Shown piece after piece: positions 1 through 9,225 of a stretch of 52,916 bases of DNA. The position numbers and the translations under genes are program-made. The notes under the pieces are model-generated. The model did no database searches. It saw nothing but the letters and a program-made list of their open reading frames with translations, and had not been told where the DNA came from. Positions within the stretch are counted from its first letter, which is position 1. The number at the start of each line of letters is the position of its first letter. Origin of the DNA: Clostridiales bacterium (lineage in GTDB: Bacteria > Bacillota > Clostridia > Lachnospirales > WRAX01); assembly GCA_031277225.1 (NCBI GenBank), contig JAITMQ010000003.1, positions 1-52,916 on the forward strand, written 5' to 3'.

Positions 1-50
1 AAAACAGGGTTTGGTTAATTCTTGGTCTTTACCAGAAATGGAGGCTGAAT

Positions 51-85
51 CTAGTTTCTAGTTTCTAGCCTCTAGTTTCTAGTTC
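51..85. repeat. Heptamer tandem repeat (CTAGTTT/CTAGCCT) x5, CTAG every 7 nt
   Basis: CTAG at 51, 58, 65, 72 and 79. The 7-nt period puts TAG in all three frames on both strands. Confidence 0.9.
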
Positions 86-256
86 GTAATTATTCGGTTT
101 TCAAAGAGCGAGATGGGCCTTTGCAAAAGGCGCGAAGATTATAATATCATCTATCGAAAGATTTGTCAAGCGTTTTTTTAAAGTTTTTTTGGAAATTTTT
201 AAAATATATTGCAAAGGGGGAGGGATTGTGGTTTAATAGGGGGTGGAGGTGGTTTT

Positions 257-1585
257 TTGCGGCGCGGTGATTTGGTTGAGGTTGTGGTTGGGGATATTTC
301 GTTTCCAAATATTGGTTTGGCGCGGATTGGCGACCGGCTGCTTGAAATTAAAGGCGGCCTGCCGGGGCAACGCTTGAGAGTGCGCATTACGCGCAAAGGC
401 AGGCGGAATTTGGGGCGCATTGTTGAGGTTTTGCAGACTGCGCCGCAGGAAATTTCTGCCGAATGTGCCGTTTTTGGAGATTGCGGCGGCTGTGCCTTCC
501 AAAATATTCCTTATGAATATGAAATCGAATTAAAGACATATATGGTTAAAAAAATTTTTGCGCCTTATAATATGGAAGACAAATTTTTGGCGAGTGTCCC
601 CTCCCCCGCCCGCGGCTATCGCAACAAAATGGAATATTCCTTCGGCGACGACGGCGCGGACGGCAATTTGACCCTTGGAATGCGCAAAAAAGGCAGTTAT
701 TACGAGGCCGTGGACGCAAGCGGCTGTCTGCTGCCCCATGCGGATTTTGGGCGAATTGTGGCGGAAACTGTCGAATATTTTCGGGCAAAAGGCGCAACTT
801 TTTATCATCGCAAAAAAGATAGCGGCACGCTTCGGCATTTGGTCATTCGCCACGGCGTAACCTCCGGCGAAATCCTTGTAAACTTGGTAACCAAAGGCGG
901 CGACGATTATGCCGAATTCGCCAAAATGCTACTTGAAATTCCGCTAGAAAACAAAATCATCGGCATTTTGCATACCATAAACGATTCCCTGGCCGACGCC
1001 ATCGTCCCCAACAGCGTTAAAACCCTGCACGGCCGCGATTTTTTCCACGAAATGGGCTATAAAATTCCCGCTTTCTCGTTCTTTCAAACAAATTCCGGCA
1101 TGACCGAATATCTCTACGCCACAATCGCCGAATTTGCCGGGGATTTGCGCGATAGGACAATTTTCGACCTCTATTGCGGCGCGGGCACAATTGCGCAATT
1201 TTTGGCGCGGCGCGGCGCAAAAAGGGTTGTTGGGGTTGAAATTGACGAGGCGGCAGTAAGCTGCGCCCGCGAAAACGCCGCAAATCTCGGCAATTGTGAA
1301 TTTATTGCCGGGGATGTTAAGCAAGTCGTTAAAGATTTGGCCGAAAAGCCCGACATTATCGTCTTAGACCCGCCGCGCGAAGGCATTGTCCCCAAGGCCA
1401 TTCCCGATATTCTGGCCTTTAATGCCCAAAAGATTATCTATGTTTCCTGCAAACCCACTTCCTTGGCGGCAAATTTGCCCGCCTTCTTGGACGGCGGCTA
1501 TGAAGTGGCGCAAATTCAATGTATTGACATGTTTCCGCGCACGGCCAATGTCGAGGTGGTCTGTGCGCTTGTTAGAAAGGGGTGA
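257..1585 (+). CDS. rlmD: 23S rRNA (uracil-5-)-methyltransferase, RlmD/RumA family (TRAM + SAM MTase)
   Basis: TRAM-like N-terminus (RRGDLVEVVVGDISF), Cys cluster CAVFGDCGGCAFQ, SAM motif DLYCGAGT, DPPREG, and catalytic YVSCKP. The ORF track starts at TTG 209. In-frame TTG 257 has GGAGGT about 7 nt upstream, so the start is uncertain. Confidence 0.88.
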   Translation: MRRGDLVEVVVGDISFPNIGLARIGDRLLEIKGGLPGQRLRVRITRKGRRNLGRIVEVLQTAPQEISAECAVFGDCGGCAFQNIPYEYEIELKTYMVKKIFAPYNMEDKFLASVPSPARGYRNKMEYSFGDDGADGNLTLGMRKKGSYYEAVDASGCLLPHADFGRIVAETVEYFRAKGATFYHRKKDSGTLRHLVIRHGVTSGEILVNLVTKGGDDYAEFAKMLLEIPLENKIIGILHTINDSLADAIVPNSVKTLHGRDFFHEMGYKIPAFSFFQTNSGMTEYLYATIAEFAGDLRDRTIFDLYCGAGTIAQFLARRGAKRVVGVEIDEAAVSCARENAANLGNCEFIAGDVKQVVKDLAEKPDIIVLDPPREGIVPKAIPDILAFNAQKIIYVSCKPTSLAANLPAFLDGGYEVAQIQCIDMFPRTANVEVVCALVRKG

Positions 1586-1589
1586 TTCC

Positions 1590-2000
1590 ATGGAATCCGC
1601 TCAATTCAACGAAAATTACAGCCCCAATGTCAAATCCGTTTTGCGCTTTACGGGACGGGTGAATTATAAAGCCGTCGACGAAATTAAGGAAGAAATGCGC
1701 GAATATATAAAATTGCACGGGGCGCAGGAAACAGGCCGTTTTTGCACATTTGTGTATAAGGCCCTGGTCGCCATGGGAACTTTAAATATAGAAATTTTTG
1801 TTCCTATAGACAAAAAAATCCCCTCGTCAAGAAGATTTAAATTTATGGAAGAATTGCAGATTCAGGGCTGCATAATGTCCAAATATCAAGGCTTTTTCAT
1901 GCCGCCCGATTCGGAATATACAAAACTCAAATTCGAAGCATTGGACATGCTTTGGCAGATGCACCTGAGCGAATTCGAGGCCGCGCGGAACAAAAATTGA
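1590..2000 (+). CDS. Hypothetical protein (136 aa), possibly a GyrI-like/effector-binding fold
   Basis: ATG 1590 lies 2 nt after the rlmD stop (1583-1585). The long ORF-track form (1386) overlaps rlmD and was trimmed. No diagnostic motif was recognised. Confidence 0.5.
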   Translation: MESAQFNENYSPNVKSVLRFTGRVNYKAVDEIKEEMREYIKLHGAQETGRFCTFVYKALVAMGTLNIEIFVPIDKKIPSSRRFKFMEELQIQGCIMSKYQGFFMPPDSEYTKLKFEALDMLWQMHLSEFEAARNKN

Positions 2001-2038
2001 CTGCTCGCCGTCTATACATATAGGAAGGAGTGGTTTAA

Positions 2039-5000
2039 ATGAAAAAATTAAAAAGAATTAATTTTCAATTGACAGCAATAATTCTGGCTGTGCTAATGGC
2101 GGTTTCCGCCGTTTTCGTATATCCGACAGGCGGCGGCGAGGATATTATTCCGCAAACCGCCGAAATTGCCGCCGCGCAGCGCACTTTCGCTGCGGCAAAT
2201 CTTTTGGGGAATACCCATGCCGCGCCAATTTCTTTCGAGGCCGCGCTAATCGACCAAACCCCGCGAGATGGCTATATTCTAGCCCCGACCCTATTTGGCC
2301 TTTCGGGAATAGACCCCCTAAGTAACTTCATTTTGCAAACCCCAACGGACGCAATACCGCAAATTTCCATTGACGGCCAGCCCGCGCCAACAATTGAGCG
2401 CGGCGACGAAAACAGCTTTATTATAACCCCCGCAATGCCGCTAAGCTCAAACAGCGTCTATATCTTCAGAATTGCCCGTAGCAACGAAACCGACATAACT
2501 TGGGCATTTCAGACTTCAAAACGCTTTGAAATAGTTTCAACCCTGCCGCGCAATCAGGCCACAAATGTGCCCGTGCGCACGGGAATCGAAATCGAATTCT
2601 CCTTTGGCGACGCCCCCGATATTTCCGAATTTTTCGGCATCTATCCGCATGTGGCGGGCAGCTTCACCTCGCGCGGGTCTACGGCAATTTTCGTGCCTGA
2701 AAATCCCCTGGACTTTGGTCGAGTATACACCGTAACCCTACAAGCGGGCATAGTCGGGCCAAACAACGAGATAATCAATGCGAATCGTGTATTTTCATTC
2801 GAAACAGCCCCCGATGCCCCCCAACGCAATGTAAATTGGACCTCGCGCCTACATTTTTCGATTCCCAATATCGAATTCCCCTCATTCGCAGCACCTACGG
2901 TGCATTTTTGGCTAAATTACAATCAAAATCGCCCGGTCGTTAATGTCGAGGTCTTTCGCTTTAACGACGCGCAAAGCGGAATTGATGCCGCAACCCTGCT
3001 CGCCGGCGCGCCAACTTGGTCAAGCTTCGGCTTTATGGAACGCTATGTCGACACAAGCGGCCTAAATTCCGTCTATTCCACGACATGGAACAGACGGCAG
3101 GGCGACGACTCTCATTGGAATGAATCCTATACTTTCACAAGCAATTTGCCGCCGGGCTTCTATGTCATGAATGCCGTGGTTGCAGGCACAACAAGCCAGA
3201 TGATTATCCAAATCACGGACTTGGCCGTGCAAGTAATCGCCGACGACACACGCGCTCTCGTTTGGGTTAACGATATGCAGACGGGCCGCCCCGCCGCAGG
3301 AGCGTCCGTTTTTGACCCGATTAGCGGTGAAACTTCCATTGTAAGCGAATATGGAATTGCCGTGGTCGAGCGCATGATGTCCGCGGGCGAATATTTAATT
3401 GTGCGCGCCACAGACGGCAAAGAGGCCGCTGTTTTCGCACATTCGCGGGCATTTCAACATTTTCACCGTGGCTTTAGCCTGTGGGATTGGGATATTGTGC
3501 CTGTTGCCGAACCCATGGCGCGCAGCTTTAGTTGGTGGCCAACGCAACAGGAGGCTAATAGCCAATATTGGACGGCCCTGCAACTCGACCGCACTTTGTT
3601 TCAGCGCAACGACAACTTGAATCTTTGGGGCTTTATTCAAAATCGTAGTCAAGTCGAGGAAATAAGCCATGTAACGGCCATTATAACCGAACGCAATTGG
3701 TGGTGGCGGGGCGATGGCGGCGGCAACGACACTCTCATTCGGCAGAATATTCCGGTGGCAAATGGCGCGTTTTCGGGCGAAATTCGCCTGCCGCATCTTG
3801 ACCCCGGAATGTATGAGCTGGCCATCTATCATGGCGACATTTCCATCAGCTCGATATTCTTTAACGTTCAAGACTATGTTAAGCCGCCATATCAGCTGAC
3901 CTTAAGCGCAAGCCAAGCCGCAATTTTCGCGGGCGAAGAAGTCATTTTCACCGCAAGGACAGAATTTTTTGAGGGAACGCCCGTGCCGGATTTATTGCTG
4001 AGCCATCGCGTTTCGGGCTGGCAACTTAGCCCGCAGGCGGGCACGATTAGCGAGCGCACCAATAGCGAGGGCGTGATTACCGTTCCCGTTAGGCCAAACG
4101 CCGCGGGCGACGCGCAAGGCGAGCGCAGTCTAAGCTTTACGGCCGAGGCCGAACTGCCCGAAATTGGCTGGGTGCATGAAATGGCCTCCGTGCGCGTTTT
4201 TGTGAACGATATAAATGTTAGAGCGCGCACCAGTCGCGAGGGCGAGAATGCCACAATTTCCGTGAATGTTCATGATATTACCTTGGAAAGGCTTAATGAC
4301 GGTACCGCTAGTTCTTGGGGTGATTTTTTGGGCGCGCCGCGCGCCGCGCAGGATTTGAGCGTTGAAATCCTTGAAATTTATTGGGAGCGCGTCCCCGATG
4401 GGCAGCGTTATGACCATATTTTGCGCCAAACCGTGCCGCGCTATCGCCATGTGCGGCGCGAGCGTTCGCTTCAGCGTTTTGAAATGACGACGGATGCCGA
4501 GGGCTTTTCCGAGCGGAATTTTCAAGTGCCAAATCGCGAAAATGCAAGCTATCAGGCGCGCGTAACCACAACAGACGGCAATGGCCGCCGCATAGTCCAC
4601 GACCTATTTATTGGCCGCAATTGGGAAAGTTTTTTCCGCAATGCCGAGGATGGGCGACTATTCCTTTATGGCGCGAATGAAGAGGGCTATGACATTGGCG
4701 ACATGGTTGAGCTTGCCGTAAAAAGCGGCACAGACAATGTAACTCGCGGCAATTTCTTGTTCGTGGTGGTGCAGGGCGGAATTTTAAGCTATCATATAGG
4801 CGAAAATCCCCTAAGTTTCACCTTTGGCGAGGAGCATGTCCCAAATGCCCAAGTTTTTGCATTTCATTTTAATGGGCATATCTACACAACGGGCGGGCCA
4901 ATGTCGCAGCGTCTGCGCTATAATCCCGTGAATCGGCGGCTGAATATAGAAATCGTCGCCTGTCAAGAAGATTATCGCCCCGGTGGGGAGGCTACGATTA

Positions 5001-7198
5001 CGATTCGCGCTACAGACCTTTTGGGCAATCCTAAGGCCGCGAATGTTAATATTAGTTTGGTGGACGAAGCACTTTTCGCGCTAATGGACTATAATGTGGA
5101 CAGTCTGGCCGCGCTTTATGCGAGCATAGGCGACAATCTTCGCTTTAGTTTGGCCACGCACCGCAGCTTTAGGAGCGATGGCATTGAAAATTCCGATATT
5201 ACCGATGATGTTACCGTCAGTCATATGGCCATGGCCGCGCCCGGCGAAGCCCCTGCGATTGCAATGGAAGCCGAGTCGGTGAGCCGCGATGCGGGCGGCG
5301 GAGATGGCGATACCCGAATTCGTGAGCGTTTCGAGGATACGGCCGTTTTCATAAGTTTGCGCACAAATGCGCAGGGCGAGGCTAGCTTTACCTTTGAATT
5401 GCCCGATAATATTACCTCGTGGCGGATTACGGCTTCGGCCATAAGCAACGACTTATACGCCGGAAATAGTTTGCAAAACCTGCGCGTAACCCAACCCATG
5501 TTTCTGCATTACAGCCTCAACAGCGTCTTTCTGGCGGGCGACGCGCCCTATATCGGCGTAAATGCCTTTGGAACAAGTCTGTCGGGCGGCGAGGCGGTAA
5601 CCTTCGAAGTCTGGCGCGAAGGCGCGCCAAATGACATTCGGCGGGCTTCGGGCGTGGCCTTTGAGCGCGTGAATATTCCGCTTTGGGAGAAGACTTCCGA
5701 GGGCTTTGGCGCAATAATCGTGCGCGCCTCCGTTGCGGGCTATAGCGATGCCGTGCGCCATGCCTATCAAGTTTTGAATTCGCATAGACAGGTTGATATT
5801 GCGGTCTTTTACGAAGTCAGCCCCGATACAATTTTTGACATTAACCCAATCGGCATGACCGACATAACCTTTACAGACCACGGGCGCGGCCGATTTTTAA
5901 GCGACTTATTCGGCCTGCGCAATATTTGGCGAAGCGGCGCGCGGGTTGAAGGCCTTGTCGCGCGGCGCGAGGCCACCATTCTAATCCAAAGGCATTTCCC
6001 CGACATCCGCCTTTTTGGCGAGGCCGGCAATTTTGACATGCTCGAATATCAGACGGAAAACGGCGGAATCGCCATTTTGCCCTATGCAAGCGCGGATTTG
6101 GCCACAACCGTAATGCTGCTCCCCTTCATTAAAGACGACGTAAATTTGGCCACTTTGCGGAATTATCTTTGGAATATCGCCTCGGGTTCGGCGACCGACA
6201 ATCGAATTTTGTCGATCTATGGACTGGCCGTGCTGGGCGAACCCGTGCTTTTGGACTTGCAAAGATATGCCGCCCTGCCCGAACTTTCCGTCAGAAATGC
6301 GGCCTATGTTGCGCTTGCGCTGGCGACTTTGGGCGAAATTCAGGCCGCCCGCGACATTTTTAATGACCGCATTGCCCCGCAACTTGAACGAATCGGGCCA
6401 TATTACCGCGTTTCGGGCGCGAATCGCGCGGCGATTTTGGACGCGACCTCTGCGGCGGCGCTTTTGGCGGCGAAAATCGGCGCAGGGGAGGCTGTCGCCC
6501 TGCATGAATATTCCATGCGGAATCGGCCTGCAACCCTTTTGATGAATATTGAGCGGCTGAAATTTATTACCTTTGAAATTGAAAATCATACGGACATTCA
6601 AGCGAGCATCACTTATACACTCTTTGGTGAAAGCATAACCCGCGAACTTGGGCGCGGCGCGTCTTTTAACCTGCGTATTCCCGCCCAAAATTTCCATGAA
6701 TTCAGCCTAATTTCGGTTGCGGGCGAGGTGGGTGCGGTTTCCATAATCCGAACGCCTTTGGAGAATTTGGAGCAAATGGAAGACGACATAGTCGTCCGCC
6801 GCGAATTCTTCAGAGCGGGGTCGAACACCCCCGCCACAACCTTTGAACAGGGCGATTTGGTGCGTGTGCAAATTTCGGTTGATTATTCGGCGCGCGCAAT
6901 TAGCGGCTCTTATATCATAACGGACTTTTTGCCCGCAGGGCTTGTGCATGTGGCGAATTCGGCGCGTTTTCAGGCGCGCGGTACGGCCACGGATTGGTGG
7001 GCGCATGTAACAACCGAGGGGCAACGCATAACATTTTTTGACTTTAATTCCAGATTTAACCGGGTGCATACCTATTTCTATTATGCCCGCGTTGTAAATC
7101 CCGGCATATTCACGGCAGAAGGCACCATGGTGCAAAGCTTCGGCGCGCGGGAATATATGGCGGTTGGTGAAGGGGCAATTATCACGATTAGCCCGTAG
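2039..7198 (+). CDS. Alpha-2-macroglobulin family protein (1719 aa), signal/anchor N-terminus, Ig-like domains, no thioester motif
   Basis: N-terminal hydrophobic segment (LTAIILAVLMAVSAVFVY). Bacterial Ig-like segment (VSTLPRNQATNVPVRTGIEIEFS). A2M hallmark RERFEDTAVFISLRTNAQGEASFTFELPDNITSWRITASAIS. No CxEQ thioester motif anywhere in the protein. RBS GGAAGGAG lies upstream. Confidence 0.85.
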   Translation: MKKLKRINFQLTAIILAVLMAVSAVFVYPTGGGEDIIPQTAEIAAAQRTFAAANLLGNTHAAPISFEAALIDQTPRDGYILAPTLFGLSGIDPLSNFILQTPTDAIPQISIDGQPAPTIERGDENSFIITPAMPLSSNSVYIFRIARSNETDITWAFQTSKRFEIVSTLPRNQATNVPVRTGIEIEFSFGDAPDISEFFGIYPHVAGSFTSRGSTAIFVPENPLDFGRVYTVTLQAGIVGPNNEIINANRVFSFETAPDAPQRNVNWTSRLHFSIPNIEFPSFAAPTVHFWLNYNQNRPVVNVEVFRFNDAQSGIDAATLLAGAPTWSSFGFMERYVDTSGLNSVYSTTWNRRQGDDSHWNESYTFTSNLPPGFYVMNAVVAGTTSQMIIQITDLAVQVIADDTRALVWVNDMQTGRPAAGASVFDPISGETSIVSEYGIAVVERMMSAGEYLIVRATDGKEAAVFAHSRAFQHFHRGFSLWDWDIVPVAEPMARSFSWWPTQQEANSQYWTALQLDRTLFQRNDNLNLWGFIQNRSQVEEISHVTAIITERNWWWRGDGGGNDTLIRQNIPVANGAFSGEIRLPHLDPGMYELAIYHGDISISSIFFNVQDYVKPPYQLTLSASQAAIFAGEEVIFTARTEFFEGTPVPDLLLSHRVSGWQLSPQAGTISERTNSEGVITVPVRPNAAGDAQGERSLSFTAEAELPEIGWVHEMASVRVFVNDINVRARTSREGENATISVNVHDITLERLNDGTASSWGDFLGAPRAAQDLSVEILEIYWERVPDGQRYDHILRQTVPRYRHVRRERSLQRFEMTTDAEGFSERNFQVPNRENASYQARVTTTDGNGRRIVHDLFIGRNWESFFRNAEDGRLFLYGANEEGYDIGDMVELAVKSGTDNVTRGNFLFVVVQGGILSYHIGENPLSFTFGEEHVPNAQVFAFHFNGHIYTTGGPMSQRLRYNPVNRRLNIEIVACQEDYRPGGEATITIRATDLLGNPKAANVNISLVDEALFALMDYNVDSLAALYASIGDNLRFSLATHRSFRSDGIENSDITDDVTVSHMAMAAPGEAPAIAMEAESVSRDAGGGDGDTRIRERFEDTAVFISLRTNAQGEASFTFELPDNITSWRITASAISNDLYAGNSLQNLRVTQPMFLHYSLNSVFLAGDAPYIGVNAFGTSLSGGEAVTFEVWREGAPNDIRRASGVAFERVNIPLWEKTSEGFGAIIVRASVAGYSDAVRHAYQVLNSHRQVDIAVFYEVSPDTIFDINPIGMTDITFTDHGRGRFLSDLFGLRNIWRSGARVEGLVARREATILIQRHFPDIRLFGEAGNFDMLEYQTENGGIAILPYASADLATTVMLLPFIKDDVNLATLRNYLWNIASGSATDNRILSIYGLAVLGEPVLLDLQRYAALPELSVRNAAYVALALATLGEIQAARDIFNDRIAPQLERIGPYYRVSGANRAAILDATSAAALLAAKIGAGEAVALHEYSMRNRPATLLMNIERLKFITFEIENHTDIQASITYTLFGESITRELGRGASFNLRIPAQNFHEFSLISVAGEVGAVSIIRTPLENLEQMEDDIVVRREFFRAGSNTPATTFEQGDLVRVQISVDYSARAISGSYIITDFLPAGLVHVANSARFQARGTATDWWAHVTTEGQRITFFDFNSRFNRVHTYFYYARVVNPGIFTAEGTMVQSFGAREYMAVGEGAIITISP

Positions 7199-7214
7199 TC
7201 GACCCAATATCGAA

Positions 7215-7500
7215 GCGAAAATGCCGGTTAAAACCGGCTAAAGATTCCGACTGAAAGTCGGGCGATATATGCGCACCCGCAAGGGCGGCCTAAAGGCCGC
7301 CCTTTAGATTGAGGCAAGCCCGGGATGACGGCGCAGAGGCGACCGCCCTCGGTCGCCCGAATTCCGACGGGGACATGTCGGGCGCGCAAGCGCGCCCGAA
7401 GGGCGGCCTAAAGGCCGCCCTTCTCAACTAGTTGCAGATGACAAGTCGTTGCTTTGCAAGCGTTACTTTAGCCGACTTCAGTCGGCACCTCATGTCGCTC
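7215..7500. repeat. Cluster of at least 8 GC-rich stem-loops (REP/BIME-like) in a convergent intergenic region
   Basis: Hairpins at 7223-7238, 7247-7261, 7281-7304, 7338-7357, 7364-7381, 7380-7397, 7398-7423 and 7471-7486. AAGGGCGGCCTAAAGGCCGCCCTT occurs twice (7281-7304 and 7399-7422). Confidence 0.85.
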
Positions 7501-8916
7501 CTATTTTGCAATAGCCTTCCCCTTCCATTTCCCGCGCAACAGCCGCGGATAAAAGAAAGCACTCCGCGCAACCCAATCTATATACATTGCAATCCAAACC
7601 CCCAAAACCCCCATGCCAAAGACAATGCCGAGGATATAGCTAAACAACAGCCGCGCCAGAATCATGGTTGAAATTGAAATCACCATGGTGTACACCACAT
7701 CGCCCGTGGCGCGCAGGCAGGCCGGCAGGATAAACGACGACGGCCATAAAAACGGGGCCAGCATCATATAGGAAATGAGCAGCGGCGGCAAAAGTTCAAG
7801 GGTTTCCGGCGAAGGGTTAAAGAGGCTAAAAATCGGATTCCTAAAGAAAAGAATCAGACTTCCCATAACAAGCAGGAAAATTCCCGCAACCACCAAGGCA
7901 AATAATGCCGTAGTTTTAACATCTTTTTCATCGCCGCGCCCAATCCTCTGCCCAACCAAAATCATTGCTCCCGTGCCAAAAGCCATTGCAGGCACATTAA
8001 AAAAGTTTACAAGCGAAAAACCTATAGTATTTGCGGTTATGGCAAAAGTTGTCATTGACACGATTATAACCTGTGTAACTAAGCGGCCGGCCTGAAACAG
8101 CCCCGCCTCAAAGCTGGTGGGCAGGCCAAGCTTTAGAATCGTTTTTTGCCTGCCAAAGTCGGGTTTGAAATATTTAAGCTTGTTTAGCCTTATTCCTTTG
8201 GCTTTTTTTAGCAAAAACCAAGTGGCGGCCGCCAGCCCGAACAGCTTCGCCGAAACCAAGGCCCAGCCCGCCCCATGGATTCCAAAGCCGCCAATGGTTG
8301 CAAAGCCCAAATCTACGCCCCTTATCAGCACAAAGCCCAGCAATAAATTCAAGACATTCATCATAACGGAAATAAGCATGGGCGCAAAAGTGTCGCCGGA
8401 GCCGCGAATTATGCCAAACATTGTAAGAGTAACCGCCACAACGGGATATGCAAAGCTGACAATTCCGAGGAAAATGCGCGATGCGGCCATGACTTCATAA
8501 TCGGCATCGGCAAATAGAGCCATAAGAATTTGGTCGCGGAAAATGGTTATTATGGCAAACATTACCAGCGAAAAAACGGCGGAAAGCAGAATTGCCTGTC
8601 CGCCCGCCCTCTTGGCCGAACGCCTGTCATCCCGCCCGATATATTGCGACACAACAATTGTGCCGCCCGTGGTAAGTGCGGCAAAAAGTGCCAAAATCAA
8701 ATGGGTTACAGAATCCACCATGCCCAAGGCGGAAGTGGCATATTCCCCCACAGACGAAATCAACATGGTCGAAACCATGCCCATAACCGACACCGACACA
8801 TGCTCAATGGCCATGGGCACGGATATTCTAAGTAATTCTTTGGTTCTGGATTTTATCTCAACTCGCCCCAAAATATCACCCCACCCTATTATAACATAAA
8901 TCCGGGTCATCTGCAA
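7501..8916 (-). CDS. MATE family efflux transporter
   Basis: About 12 predicted TM segments and a typical MATE N-terminus (ELLRISVPMAIEHVSVSVMGMVSTMLIS). Length is about 460 aa. The exact start is uncertain. Confidence 0.88.
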   Translation of the reverse strand: MQMTRIYVIIGWGDILGRVEIKSRTKELLRISVPMAIEHVSVSVMGMVSTMLISSVGEYATSALGMVDSVTHLILALFAALTTGGTIVVSQYIGRDDRRSAKRAGGQAILLSAVFSLVMFAIITIFRDQILMALFADADYEVMAASRIFLGIVSFAYPVVAVTLTMFGIIRGSGDTFAPMLISVMMNVLNLLLGFVLIRGVDLGFATIGGFGIHGAGWALVSAKLFGLAAATWFLLKKAKGIRLNKLKYFKPDFGRQKTILKLGLPTSFEAGLFQAGRLVTQVIIVSMTTFAITANTIGFSLVNFFNVPAMAFGTGAMILVGQRIGRGDEKDVKTTALFALVVAGIFLLVMGSLILFFRNPIFSLFNPSPETLELLPPLLISYMMLAPFLWPSSFILPACLRATGDVVYTMVISISTMILARLLFSYILGIVFGMGVLGVWIAMYIDWVARSAFFYPRLLRGKWKGKAIAK

Positions 8917-8942
8917 TAAAATTAAAAAAAGCCTGACCGGGG

Positions 8943-9209
8943 GTGTGTATCGTGGTTAGAATTTATGAATTGAGGCAAAAGGAGATAATTAATATTAGAG
9001 ATGGCACAAGATTTGGCTATGTGGCCGACATTGAAATTTGCAAAAAGGCCGGCGACATCCAAAGCCTAATTGTGCCCGGCCCCGCCCGCGTTTTCGGTGT
9101 TTTCGGCCGCGACACGGAATATTGCATCCCCTGGGCCGCCGTAAAACAAATAGGCGACGACATAATCCTTGTAGACGTTGACCCGGAAGATTGCGTCGAG
9201 GAGCTTTAG
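8943..9209 (+). CDS. ylmC: YlmC/YmxH family sporulation protein (PRC-barrel)
   Basis: IYELRQKEIINIRDGTRFGYVADIEI...IPWAAVKQIGDDIILVDV matches the YlmC/YmxH pattern. GTG 8952 with an upstream GGGGGTG is an alternative start. Confidence 0.85.
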   Translation: MCIVVRIYELRQKEIINIRDGTRFGYVADIEICKKAGDIQSLIVPGPARVFGVFGRDTEYCIPWAAVKQIGDDIILVDVDPEDCVEEL

Positions 9210-9225
9210 AGACTGTTCGAAATCT

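Noticed and set aside
51-85. Considered whether the short tandem repeats (51-85, 10530-10563, 22144-22178, 9823-9849) could be CRISPR-like arrays.
   Set aside because: The units are 7-9 nt with no spacers. No cas genes and no 25-40-nt repeat/spacer architecture occur anywhere in the window.
1386-1589. N-terminal 68 codons of the 204-aa ORF overlapping the rlmD 3' end.
   Set aside because: This part overlaps a well-supported gene and has no RBS. ATG 1590 lies immediately after the rlmD stop and gives a sensible 136-aa protein.
7432-7671. 79-aa plus-strand ORF spanning the repeat region and the MATE 3' end. A similar ORF at 18995..19351 lies antisense to the TSUP gene.
   Set aside because: Each starts inside non-coding repeats and runs antisense into a membrane-protein gene, with no RBS and no recognisable domains.
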